Shown: positions 33,335-44,469 of the stretch, piece by piece
Layout of the letters: each line of letters opens with the position of its first letter
How positions within the stretch are numbered: the first letter of the stretch is position 1
NCBI GenBank assembly: GCA_963731545.1
Contig: CAVSWN010000012.1
Coordinates: 1,123 to 65,122, forward strand
From: an uncultured Acidobacteriota bacterium
GTDB taxonomy: Bacteria > Acidobacteriota > Vicinamibacteria > Vicinamibacterales > CAVVIG01
Direction: 5' to 3'
Length of the DNA: 64,000 bases
Notes under the pieces: model-generated
The model's input: only the letters and a program-made list of their open reading frames with translations
What the model was told of the DNA's origin: nothing
Databases searched by the model: none
Made by a program: the position numbers and the translations under genes

Positions 33335-35030
33335 TCACGTGCGCTCGCGAACACTCGTCCTCGATTCGAGCATCGACTCCGCGGGAACCGGCACTTTGAC
33401 GACGACCGTCGTCCCGCCGGTCGACACGGCGTCGATGCACACGGTTCCACCGATCTGGAGTGCACGCTCGTGCATCCCCACGAGCCCAAGCGAGCGTGGA
33501 TCCGACGCCTGGTGCGGCTGAATGCCGCGGCCATTGTCGGTGACAGCGAGAGTCAGGGTTCCGTTCTCCTGACGCACGCATCACTTCGATCGCCGTCGCC
33601 TCGGCATGGCGCGCGACATTGGTCAACGTTTCCTGGAGAATGCGGAACATGATCACGGCGTGCTTCGCGTCCAGTGGGATCTCTTCGGCGTTGGAGTCGA
33701 AGCGATAGCTGATACCGGTTCGCGAGCGGAGCGTCTCCAACTGCCATTCGATGGCCGGCCGCAGACCCAATTCATCGAGCACCGCCGGGCGCAGGTCGGC
33801 CGCCAGCGCGCGAACCGTGCCCATCGTCATGTCCACGAGACTGATCATCGAGTCGGTCTTCTCGGCCACGCCCGCCAGAGTCGGCTGATCGCCGGAGAGC
33901 TGGCGGGCGAGCGCGAAGATCTCGAATTTCAGGCCGGTCAGCGTTTGTCCCAACTCGTCGTGGATTTCCCGGGAGATTCGGAGCCGCTCTTCTTCCCGCA
34001 CCTCGTCGAGCCGTCGCAGCAGCGCGCGGAGCTGCATGCGCGATCGCTCCACCTGCTCTTCAGCGGCCTTGCGATCGGTGATGTCGAACGCCGTTGCGAC
34101 CGCGACACGCTCGCCCTCGAACTGGATCGACGCCACGCTCACGTTGGCCCACCGCTCGCGCCGGTCCTTGGTCAGAATCTTCACTTCGAAATTCGGCGCG
34201 AGGCGCTCACCGCGCTGGCGCGCGCGGATTCGATTCTGGATGAGCGGTCGAAAATCCGGATGGGCGATGCCCCAGGCCTCCATCGCGAGCAGTTCGCTTC
34301 GGGAGTAGCCCGTGACGCGTTCCATGGCGGAGTTGACGTAGCGGAGGCGGCTGCCGTCCGTGATGAGAATCGCGGCCGACATGGATTCGGCGAGGTTGCG
34401 GAATTCCTCCTCCGCGTGACCGTTGCCTCTCTCCAGGTGCGCGCGTTCGTTCGCCTCGAGGCGCCATTCCAGCTCTCTCAGGGCGAGAGCGGCAAAGTCC
34501 TTGAGCACGCAGATCTCGTCGCCGGTCCAGACGCGCGGCTGCCGGTCGATGACGCAAAAGGATCCAAGCACCTGTCCGGTGGATGTGGTCAGCGGCATCC
34601 CGGCGTACGCGGTGATCCCGAGCGCGCTCAGCGATTTGTTCTCCATCGCCGCGCCCCGTGTGCGGACGTCGGCAATCACGACAGCGGATCCTGACTCGAC
34701 GACGCGGTCGCAGATCGTGTGGGTCAGCGGCGCCTGCTGAGACGATGCCCACGATTCAGGCAACCCGTACGAGCCCGCGAAGAACAGCCGATGCTCGTCG
34801 ACGAGCGACACCAGCGCAACCGGAACCGCCATCGTGTGCGCCGCCATCCGCGTCATGCGCTCGAACACTTCCTGGGCCGGCACATTGAGCAGACCGGTCT
34901 GCTTGAGCATGGCGAGACGGGCGACGCTGCCAAGACGCCTCGAGGCGTCCCGCGTGTATGACGCAGAGCGGGCGAAGCGGCCCGAGTCCGCCGCCATGCG
35001 CTCGAAGTCTCTTCTTGTCGAATCCACCAA
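33335..35030 (-). CDS. Cytoplasmic GAF-PAS-HisKA_3 sensor histidine kinase; frameshift near the 3' end
   Basis: GAF (AYAGMPL..GSFCVID), PAS (HPDF), EIHDELGQ, QETLTNVARHA, DNGRG and GLVGMHER. Confidence 0.9.
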
Positions 35031-35411
35031 ATCGCACGGTTGAGTCCAAACTGTCGTTCACCGACTGACCAACAGAACGCCGCAACGCTCGTGTCGGATA
35101 CGTCACTTCAGTCCTCGACGGACGCTGGAGTTACTCGTTGTTGCACACACGATCGCGGCCGCATGCGACTCTTCTCCAAACCAGTTATGACTGTCTGAAA
35201 CAATGACGCCATCCGTCAACCAGCTTTTCGAATGTTCAGCTGGCGATCGATAGATACGAAATTCAGTGAATTGGTGTGCGCGGCCAGAATGCTGGCCAGC
35301 CGAGTCAACCGCCTAGCCGAGCGACGACTAATTCTGTAAGTCGTGTCTCAAAATGAAGATCGAAACGTGTAGTCGAATCACGCGGGTGTCGGAGTGAGGA
35401 ATTGCCTGCGA

Positions 35412-36147
35412 TCAATTTTCGATTCGATAGCTGACGATCCGGAATTGCGCCTGTCCGCCCTGCACGTTGACGCCGTGGCCGAAATAGCAGCCGCCGCCGA
35501 AGGTGAGCCCGATGCGGCTGACATTCTTCACGGCTCGCTCGAATCCTGACTGCGCCGCCGCGTCGGCATTTCCCATCTTCCCGAACAGGCTCAACCACGA
35601 GTCGGGCGTGAGCCGGACTGCAAGCGTCGTCGCCCCAGGAGCGAGATCGAAGGCGATCGGATACGACCACCAGCGATCGAATTCGCCGTTCCCGTTGCCG
35701 TTGGACCAGAAGAACGGCCGCGCCGCCGCGCGGCGTGCGCACAAGTTGGCCGGGTCGGTCAGATGATTGAAAAACACCGGCCCCGTCGTCGTCACCTGAA
35801 GCGTGATGTAGACGCTGCCGGCGATCTCTTGTGGCGAACGAGTGGCGTACAGGTAGTTGATCGATCCGGTGGACGGAAAATCGAACACGAGTTCTCCGGC
35901 CATCGTCGTTTCGCAGCGCGATCTTCGGGTTGCTGCTCGTGTCCCAGCCACTCGCTCGGAGCGAAAGCCCGGAAACCGGGTCCGCGATGGCATGCTCCGT
36001 CGTCGCGGTCGATGGCTCTGTCGGTGTCAGCTCCGCACACCCGACGAGAGGCAGCGTCGCGAGAAAGACGAAGCCGATCCACAGGGTCGAATAGTGCGAC
36101 GACGTGGGGGAACGCTTCGGAGTGCGGGGTCGAGAAATCGTGGGCAG
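35412..36147 (-). CDS. Hypothetical lipoprotein; frameshifted, start uncertain
   Basis: Lipobox-like LPLVGC in the upstream frame, joined to a globular domain (RWWS, GLTFGGGCYFGHGV). Confidence 0.5.
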
Positions 36148-36406
36148 CTGAGCGACTCTGGCGATGGACTATACAGTGTGTTTAAGTGCTCTAAGTATAG
36201 GAAAATAGAGTCCTTACGATGACAATTTGGTCATTTGGACGCTATCTGGATACAAGAAAAGCCCAGTATTGATACAACCAACGACCTGCGATCCCGGCTG
36301 TAGGAGAGAGAGCCCGCTACTGTGTAGTAGAGAGTCCCGCGAGGGAGGATACATCGATCCAGCGGATTTGATACAGAAAAAACAGCCGAGGTGTCCCGTC
36401 GGCCGA

Positions 36407-37721
36407 TCAAGTCGCGATCGTCGTGCCCTCTGGCGACGTGAGGCCGGGGCATCGGCTGAACCGCCCCACCTCTCCCAGAATCTGATCCGGCATCCCGCCG
36501 AGACGCCGCAGCGAGAACAAGAGCGGAATGGCCAGCGCCGTGATCACGCCACCGACGACATATCCGCTGCCGAGCGACGTCCGCGCCGACAGCCAACCGA
36601 TGCCGGCCTGGCCCGCCATGCTGCCGCCGCTCGACACGAGGGAGGCGAACGACAGGACGGTTGCGCGCTGCGCCGGCGGGACGACGAGGTGCAAGTACCC
36701 CTGTCGGACCGGCTGGAACACGCCGTAGCTGATCATGCCGACGATGTAGAACGACACGGCGAGCCAGAACGAATGAGCGAGACCCACACCTACGGCTGCG
36801 ACGGAGAAGCCGATCGCGGCCGCGATCAGCAGCGTCGAACGGTGACCGCAGTACTTCGTCAGCCGATGGACCAGCCAGTTGCCGGCCATCATCGATACGG
36901 CGATCGCCGCGGCGATCGAGCCGGTGATCCACGCGGCGTCTGAACCCAGCAACCCGAGGAAGTAGGGCTGCCATGCGTGGTAGCCCCACTCGAAGAAGAT
37001 CGCCTGCATGGCGCCGGCGAGGATCGCGAGCCGCGCCCCGGGCGAGCGCCACCCGAACCGCACGCTCTCCTCGGCGGTCCTGTGCCATCGCCTTCGGGAG
37101 ATCGCGCCGGGCCATCGTCCGCGTGCTGAAACCCACGTCGTGCATCGTGACGAATCCGACCAGGAACGCAATCAACAGGAGCAGGCACCGGATCACGTAC
37201 GGAATCGCCAGATTCACGCTGCCGAGAAACCCGCCGGCAATGGATCCCACGAGCATGGCGGCCGACGACACGAACTGTCCCCGCGCCAGCACGCGATCGA
37301 CGGGTTCGGTGTGCCCCGCCGCCTTGAGCGCATCGACGAGCCACGCTTCCGTCGCGCCGGAATAGAACGTGTACCCGAGCCCCAACAGGATCGAGGCCAG
37401 GCAAAACGCCAGCAGCCCGCCGCCGGCGAGCGGAATGGCGACGTAGGCGAGCGTCCCGACGAACAGCACGGCGACGCTCAACAGAAACGACAGCCGCCGC
37501 CCGCCGGTATCGGCGAGGACCCCGGTCGGGACTTCGAAGATCGCCATCGCGCCGGTGAACACGGCATTGGCGAGAAACACCTGCATCAGCGACAGGCCGG
37601 CGCCGAGGAGAAACAGCGTGTTGATGCCCCAGATGAGCGATGCCGCGAGCGTGTAGACGCCGCTGATGACGAAGTACGCGCGAATGATGCGGTCTGTGGA
37701 AAGCGGCGCGGCGTCAGCCAT
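36407..37721 (-). CDS. MFS transporter; frameshifted
   Basis: FEVPTGVLAD..GRR, FYSGATEAW and about 12 TM segments. Confidence 0.88.
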
Positions 37722-37725
37722 CAGG

Positions 37726-39133
37726 CTACGCGGGGCGGGCGGGAACGGCGTCGGTCGCGATGGGCAGCGTCACGCGGAACTCCGTGTGCCCGGGCTCCGA
37801 GTCGACCTCGATGTCGCCGTTGTTGCGGCGGACGAGCTGCCGCGCGATGTCGAGACCGAGCCCGGTGCCCTGTCCGACCGGCTTGCTCGTGATGAACGGA
37901 TCGAAGATGCGTTCGCGGATCGCCGGCGCGATCCCCGATCCGTTGTCCACGACGCGCACGACGATCCGGTTCATCTGTCGATCCGCCGACACGGTCACGC
38001 GCCCCGACTCCGGCACCGCGTCGAGCGCGTTGTCGATCAGGTTGGTCCAGATTTGGTTCAGATCGCCGCCCATCGCCAGCACCGGCGGAAGATTCGGCTC
38101 CGCCCGCAGGTCGACGCCCACGGACTTCTTCCTGGCCTTGTGCAGGAGCAGGGCGACCGCGTCGCTCAAGCTCGCGCTGACGTCGACCGGCTCGGCCACC
38201 TGCGCGCGGTCCATGTAGGTGAACCGCTTGATCGCGCCCACGAGGTTGTGAATGCGTGTCGCCGCCCGTTCGACGTCCGCGGCCAGCGCGCGGGTGGTGC
38301 AGCCGGTGGCGACCCAGCGCAGCGCCGTGTTGAGCGTCTCGCCGTCGAGCATCGACGCCAGCGTGTCGAGCTTTTCGAGCGTCACGGCGGTGTCGGCCAG
38401 CGACGCGGCGGCGGCCGGATCGGCGCCGTGCGCCTCGAGCCAGTCTTCGAACGCGGCTTCCCGATCGGCATGTTCGAGGGGCGTCAACGCGGCCGGCCGC
38501 GCCATGACGCACGCATACCGCGCGCGATCGACCGCCTCGAGCTGCTCCTCATTCAGACGCGCCGCGCCCAGCGCTCGCGCGGCCGCTTCGACCTCGGCCA
38601 GTCCGGCGCCGAGCAGTTTGGCGCTTCGCGCCGCCGCCGACGCCGGGTTGTTCAACTCGTGCGCCAGTCCGGCGGCCATCCGGCCGAGCGACAGCATCTT
38701 TTCGTCCTGCAGCTCGCTCGACCGGAACTGCCGCGCGCGATCGAGCATCACGTGCACGAGCCGGGTCGTGACGACCGGGCAATCGCGAATCAGCTCCGGA
38801 AAGTGTCGCGAGTGCACGATCGAGCGCGTCGCCGGCTTCGTCGATCACCATGTCGCCCGGCGACTTGGTCATCCGCGAAAAGGGAAGAAAGCCGGTGACG
38901 TCGCCGCCGCCCCATTCCATGACTTTGTGCGGGCCGGCCCCGTGGTCGACGTAGATGGCGAAATGCCCGGAAAACAGCACGGACAGGCTCTCGAACATCT
39001 CCGGCACGCTGATCAGGAGATCGCCGGGCTCCATGTGGTGGACGCGGCCGCGCGCGGCGAGCCATTCGAGCTCGGCGCGGGGCGCGCCGGCGAGCGTGCG
39101 GTGGTCGGCGAGGCGAGCAACGAGATCCGTCAT
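37726..39133 (-). CDS. cNMP-binding-domain histidine kinase; frameshifted
   Basis: N-terminal cNMP-like domain, LAHELNNP, NLIDNALDA, DNGSG, FDPFITSK and GTGLGL. Confidence 0.88.
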
Positions 39134-39187
39134 GGACAGGACCTCACGCTACCAAGAGCGTGGCGATTCCGCAATAATTCAGAGCGT

Positions 39188-39979
39188 ATGAAGATCATCG
39201 CGATTGTCTTCCTCGCGATCACGGCCGCGGCGTGCTCGCGCACCGTGGATCGGCGGCCATTCCCCGCGGGCACGCTCGTCGATCTGTCTCACGACTACAG
39301 CGACCAGACCGTGTTCTGGCCGACAGCGGAATCCTTCAAACTCGAAAAAGTTGCCGACGGGATGACGCCGCAGGGCTACTACTACGCCGCCAACAACTTC
39401 GCCACCTCCGAACACGGCGGCACACACCTCGACGCGCCGGTGCATTTCGCGAAAGGCCATCGAACGGTCGATCAGATCCCGCTCGATCAACTCGTGGGCG
39501 ACGCGATCGTCGTGGACGTCACGGCCGCGTGCGCGTCGCAGCCGGACTATCAGGTCACGACGAACGACTTCGCCGAGTGGGAACGGGCGAACGGCCGGAT
39601 TCCCGACGGCGCGATCGTGCTGCTGCGCACCGGCTACGCGCGCTTCTGGCCCGACGCGGCGAAGTATCTCGGCACCGCCGAGCGCGGCGACGCCGCGGTG
39701 GCCAAGCTCCACTTCCCCGGCCTGCATCCTGACGCGGCGAAATGGCTGACGGAGTCGCGCCGGATCAAGGCCATTGGCCTGGACACGGCGAGCATCGATT
39801 ACGGGCAATCAACGCTGTACGAGTCGCACCGGATCCTGTACGAGCACGACATTCCGGCGTTCGAGAATCTCGCGACGCTCGAGCGTCTGCCCGCCAAAGG
39901 CGCGATCGTCGTGGCGCTGCCGATGAAGATCAAAGGCGGGAGCGGCGCGCCGCTGCGCGCCATGGCGATCGTGCCGTAG
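39188..39979 (+). CDS. Cyclase family metal-dependent hydrolase (kynurenine formamidase-like), lipoprotein
   Basis: Lipobox AAAC; EHGGTHLDAP.HF, HFPG, GLDTASID, ENL and GSGAPLR. Confidence 0.9.
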   Translation: MKIIAIVFLAITAAACSRTVDRRPFPAGTLVDLSHDYSDQTVFWPTAESFKLEKVADGMTPQGYYYAANNFATSEHGGTHLDAPVHFAKGHRTVDQIPLDQLVGDAIVVDVTAACASQPDYQVTTNDFAEWERANGRIPDGAIVLLRTGYARFWPDAAKYLGTAERGDAAVAKLHFPGLHPDAAKWLTESRRIKAIGLDTASIDYGQSTLYESHRILYEHDIPAFENLATLERLPAKGAIVVALPMKIKGGSGAPLRAMAIVP

Positions 39980-40051
39980 CGGGGCCGACACATGGGTCGG
40001 CCACGCAACGGTCGCACAGCCTGCTAGGGGCTGGTCCTGCGTGTCCGGCCT
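39980..40051. repeat. Degenerate REP-like doublet, same family as 61964-62025
   Basis: GGGGCCGACACATGGGTCGGCC ... TAGGGGCTGGTCCTGCGTGTCCGGCC between convergent genes. Confidence 0.55.
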
Positions 40052-40058
40052 CAGGAAT

Positions 40059-41404
40059 CTAAGGATTCTTGACCAGCCGGAAGGTCGCGTAGACGTACGG
40101 ATAGCGCGAGCGGAACCAGTTGCGGAACGACGGGCGCAGCAATTCGCGCGCGGTCGCCGGCGACGCGCCTTTGATCACGAAGTGCTCGCCGTCGAAGAAA
40201 TCCGCCGAGTACTCCGGATACGACGCCATCGCGCGAAAGCCCGCAAACGGCGCGAACGGCGTGCTGGTCCACTCCCAGCCGTTGCCGACGAGATCGTCCA
40301 CGCCCCAGGCACTCCGGCCGGCCGGATGGCTGCCCGCCGGCTCTGGATCCCAGCTCGAAAAGTCGAACACGCCGTGGCTCGCGGCCGGCTCGTGCGTCGC
40401 CCCAGGGATGGCGGCGTTCGCGACCGTCAGGCGTGCCGTACGCCGCGCGTTGAAATTCCGCTTCGGTCGGCAGGCGCGCACCGCGCCAGCGCGCGAACGC
40501 GTCGGCGTCAGCCTGGCTGACGTACACCGGCCACGACAGCGGCAGCCGAACGAGGTCGAACATCCCGCGCCAGTACCAGGCTCCTCCACATGTTCCCAGA
40601 AGAGCGGATGGCGATGCGCTCCTGCTGAAGCCAGGCCCAATCGTCGGGTAGCCGCCACCAGTCGGCTCGAGTAGCCGCCGGCATCCACGAACTCCAGGAA
40701 CTCCGCGTTCGTGACGTTGTGACGCGCGATCGAAAACGCCGTCGACATCGGCGGCGCTCGCGGGGAATTCGTTGTCCCAGCCGAACGGAATCGATCGCGA
40801 TCCACGCCGAGCGTCGCGCGTCCGGCCGGGACGTCAATCCATTCGTCGCGCGGCACCGGTCCTTCGACGCGCGGCCGGTAGCCCGCTGGTCGCCGCTTCC
40901 GATCGAACGCGAGCCGATGCCACATGTACAGGAGCGTTTCCTGATGCATCGCTTCGTGCTCGAGAATCGCGAACGCCGCTTCCGCGCGGTCGAGCAGCGG
41001 ATGACCAGGACGATCGAGTTCGTCTGACGTCAGCGCCGCAAGAACCCGCGCGTCGGCTTCGTCGGCGAACGCATGCACCTCGGCGCGCGTCGGCCAGTGA
41101 GGTCGCGCGTCGTCCGCGTCGATGCGTCGGCCTCCGACGGATCGATGCCGCGCGCAAACAACCGCTCGAGCGGCTCGTCGATGCTCGGCCGTCCGAGCGC
41201 GCGCTTGATCAGCGTGTTGAAACTGAACGCCGGCAGGTGCCCCTCGTAGAACACGATGGGATGCCGGAGCGCGATCGGTTGCGAGTAGTAGGTCTCCTCG
41301 GTCAGCAGATCGAAGAGCGCGCGGGACCGCTGTCTGTTGCGGCGGTACCAGTCCGCGAACACTGCCTGATCCACGCCCGATGAGGTAGCCGCGCGCGACG
41401 CCAT
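40059..41404 (-). CDS. Non-heme iron sulfoxide synthase-like protein (DinB_2 + FGE-sulfatase; OvoA/EgtB family); frameshifted
   Basis: RHPIVFYEGH, EHEAMHQE (His triad), RLPTEAE, GNGWEWT and FRNWF. Confidence 0.82.
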
Positions 41405-41429
41405 GGCGACGAACGGCCAGTGATACATC

Positions 41430-44059
41430 TCAATCCGCGCGCAGCACCTTGAGCACGTCCGTGCGGGCCGCGCGCCACGCCGGCAAGCCGCACGCGGCAG
41501 TCGCGATCGCGACAATCACCAGCGCCGCTCCCGCGTAGGTCGGCGGATCGAGCGGCGCAATACCGTAGAGCATTCCTCGCACGAGCCGGCTCATCGCGAG
41601 CGCCATCACGAGCCCCACACTCACGCCGGCCACCGCAATCTTGACGCCGTCGGTGAGAATCGCGCGGACGACGTCGCGCGGACGAGCGCCGAGCGCGATG
41701 CGGATGCCGATCTCCTTCAGCCGCTCGTTCGTCGCGTAGGTCATCACCCCGTAGGCGCCGATCGTCGCGAGCATGAGCGACGCGATCGCGAAGAAGCCCA
41801 CCAGCTGGAGATTGAACGATCGCGCGCTGACCGTCGATTGCAGCACCTGATCCAGCGTGACGACCGACGTCACGGCAATCGACCCGTTCACGCCAGTGAT
41901 CGTGCGCTTGATCGACGGGAGCATCTGCGACGCGTCGCGGTTCGTGTGGGCCACGAACGTGATGCTGCCGGTCGGCGACTGGGCGTGCGGGATATAGAGC
42001 GAAGGAGCCGCCGGCTTCGCGAGCTCGCGCCGCACGTCGGCGACGACGCCGACGATTTCGCGCTCGACGGGTGCGGCCATGAAGCGGACGACGATCCGCT
42101 GGCCGATGGCCGATCGATCGGGCCAGTATTGCCGCGCCAGGCGTTCGTTGACGATCGCGACCGGCTTGGCGCGCGTATCGTCGGACCACTCGAAGCGCCG
42201 GCCGCCCTGAACGGCGATGCCCAACGACTCGAGGTACCCGGGCGTGATGATGGACGCCTGCGCGCTGACCGGCTGCGCCGTCGTCGCCGGCTGACCCGGA
42301 ATGGAGAAGGTGGCGATCTCCGCGCCGATGCGTTCGGCCAGCGGCAGCGACGACCCGGCGCCGGCCAGTTCCACGCCGGGGACTTCGGCCAGCCGATCGA
42401 CCACCTGCTTGATGAAGGATCCACGGCGCGCCGCGTCGGGATACTCCTGCCACGCGTGCAGCGTCGCGACGGCGACGTTCTCCACGCGAAAGCCCCGCTC
42501 CTCGGACAACAGCGTGACCAGGGATCGCACGAACAAGCCGGCGGTCACGAGCAGAATCATCGCGACGGCAAGCTCCGCGGCGACGAACGTGTGCTGAACC
42601 GATCGGCTGCCCGTGGTGGCGGTGCGAATCCTCGACGAGAGCCTGAGCGCCAGCCGCGTATCGCCCGCCCTCGACAAGGCGACGAGGCAGACGGCAATCG
42701 CCGTGGCCACAGCGAGACCGCAACCGACGGCGACGGTCTGCCAGCCGACGATCATCTGCTCGGCGCGTGGCAGCGTGGACGGCACGACCGTTCTCAACAG
42801 ACTGGTGCTCCACCGTGCGAGGAGAAAGGCGGTGACGGCGCCGAACGAGGCGAGCAGCAGACTCTCGGTCAATATCTGCCGGCGGACGCGTCCGGCGCCG
42901 GCGCCGAGCGCGACCCGGACGCCGAATTCGTGGTCGCGCCGCAGCAGCCGCACCAGCAGCAGGTTGCTGACGTTGACGCAGGCGACGAGGAGCAGCAGCC
43001 CGACGCCGACGAGAAAGACCATCAGGATCGGACGAGCGTTGCCGACCATCGATTCCTTGAGCGGGACCGCGCTGATGCCCATGGCCGCGTTCTCGCGCGG
43101 ATACTCCTTCCGCAGCTGCTGCGCCACGGTATCGAGCCGTGCCTGCGCCGCCGCCACGGTCACACCCGGCTTCACGCGAGCGACGACGCGGTAGTAGCTC
43201 GACGCACGGCGGGCGAGCTCCTCGGCGCTGAAGACCTTGGGACCCCAGACATCGCGGCCGCGCGGAAAATTGAACGCCGGCGGCATGACGCCGACGATCG
43301 TGTACGGCTCCTTGTCCATCACGACCGACCGGCCGATCACGCCGGGATCGCCGCCGAACTCGCGCGTCCAGATGCCGTAGCCGAGGACCAGCACGTTGTC
43401 GCGGTCCGCCGTGAACTCCTCGCGCGTGAAGGTGCGGCCCAGAAACGGGCGGGTGCCGAGAATCTCGAAGAACCCTTCGGTCACCAGCCAGGTCGGCACG
43501 CGCTCGGGACCATCGGGTTTTGAGTACGTCCGGCTCCACGGTTCAACGGCCGCGATCGCGAGCGCATCGGACGTGCGCTCGCGCCAGTCCACGAAGTTGG
43601 CCGGCGCGACATCGTCGCGCTCCGTGGGCCGCGCGATGTTGTGCTGGCGCAGCTCGACGAGCTCGTCCTGATTCGGATACGGCAACGGCCGCAGCAGCAC
43701 GGCCTCGATCGCGCTGAAGATCGTCATGTTGGCGCCGATGCCGAGGCCGAGCGTGAGGATGACGACCAGGGCGAAGCCGGGCTCGCGCACGAGCGACCGG
43801 AGCGCGTAGCGGAGATCCGCGCCGAGGTCGTCCCACAACTGGACGCCGATGCTGCGGCGCACGTCGTCCTTGTGCACTTCCACGCCGCCGAAGTCGCGCA
43901 GCGCCGTGCGTCGCGCTTCGTCGTGCGGCACGCCTCGAGCCACGCGCGCTTCGATCTCGCGATCGAGATGGTCGCGCAGCTCGGCGTTCAGGTCGTTTCC
44001 AGTCGCGAACGGCGCGCGATGCCGCGCCAGCGGCTACGAAACTCGGCGAACAGACGCAT
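41430..44059 (-). CDS. ABC transporter permease, acidobacterial duplicated orphan permease (ADOP; MacB_PCD/FtsX x2)
   Basis: DLRYALRSL..PGF, LGLGIGAN, LLLVACVNVSNL, EFGVRVALGA, EIGIRIALGA and C-terminal LRAD. Confidence 0.92.
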
Positions 44060-44077
44060 ATGTGTGACCCCGATCGG

Positions 44078-44407
44078 CTAGCCGGATTGCATGACGCGCT
44101 GCACGGCGCCCATGAAGCGTTCCCAGTCCGCCTGCTCACGGGCGAGCTCCGCGCGCCCGGCGCGGGTGAGCCGGTAGTACTTCGACCGGCGATTGTTGTC
44201 GGACGCGGCCCACTCGGAGTCGATCAGCCCGCGCCGCTCCAGCCGATGCAGCGCCGGATACAGCGAGCCCTGGTTCACCTGCAGGACGTCCTTCGAGATC
44301 TGCATGATGCGCTGCGCGATGCCCCAGCCGTGGAGCGGCTGCAGCGCCACCGCCTTCAGAATCAGCATGTCGAGGGTCCCCTGCCGCAGATCGGTGCCGT
44401 CGTGCAC
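44078..44407 (-). CDS. padR: PadR family transcriptional regulator, acidobacterial type
   Basis: QGTLDMLIL, LHGWGI, GSLYPALHRLE and YYRLTRAG. Confidence 0.93.
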   Translation of the reverse strand: MHDGTDLRQGTLDMLILKAVALQPLHGWGIAQRIMQISKDVLQVNQGSLYPALHRLERRGLIDSEWAASDNNRRSKYYRLTRAGRAELAREQADWERFMGAVQRVMQSG

Positions 44408-44412
44408 GGTTG

Positions 44413-44469
44413 CTCCTGTCGAAGATTGAGGGATGAGGCTACTGCGGATTCTTGTCGATGGTCAAGAGG
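44413..44469 (-). promoter_or_regulatory. Putative sigma70 promoter and duplicated operator-like boxes for padR
   Basis: Minus strand TTGACC (44460-44465), 18 bp spacer, TAGCCT (44436-44441). Two similar boxes CTCCTGTCGAAGATTGAGGG and TTCTTGTCGATGGTCAAGAGG. Confidence 0.5.
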
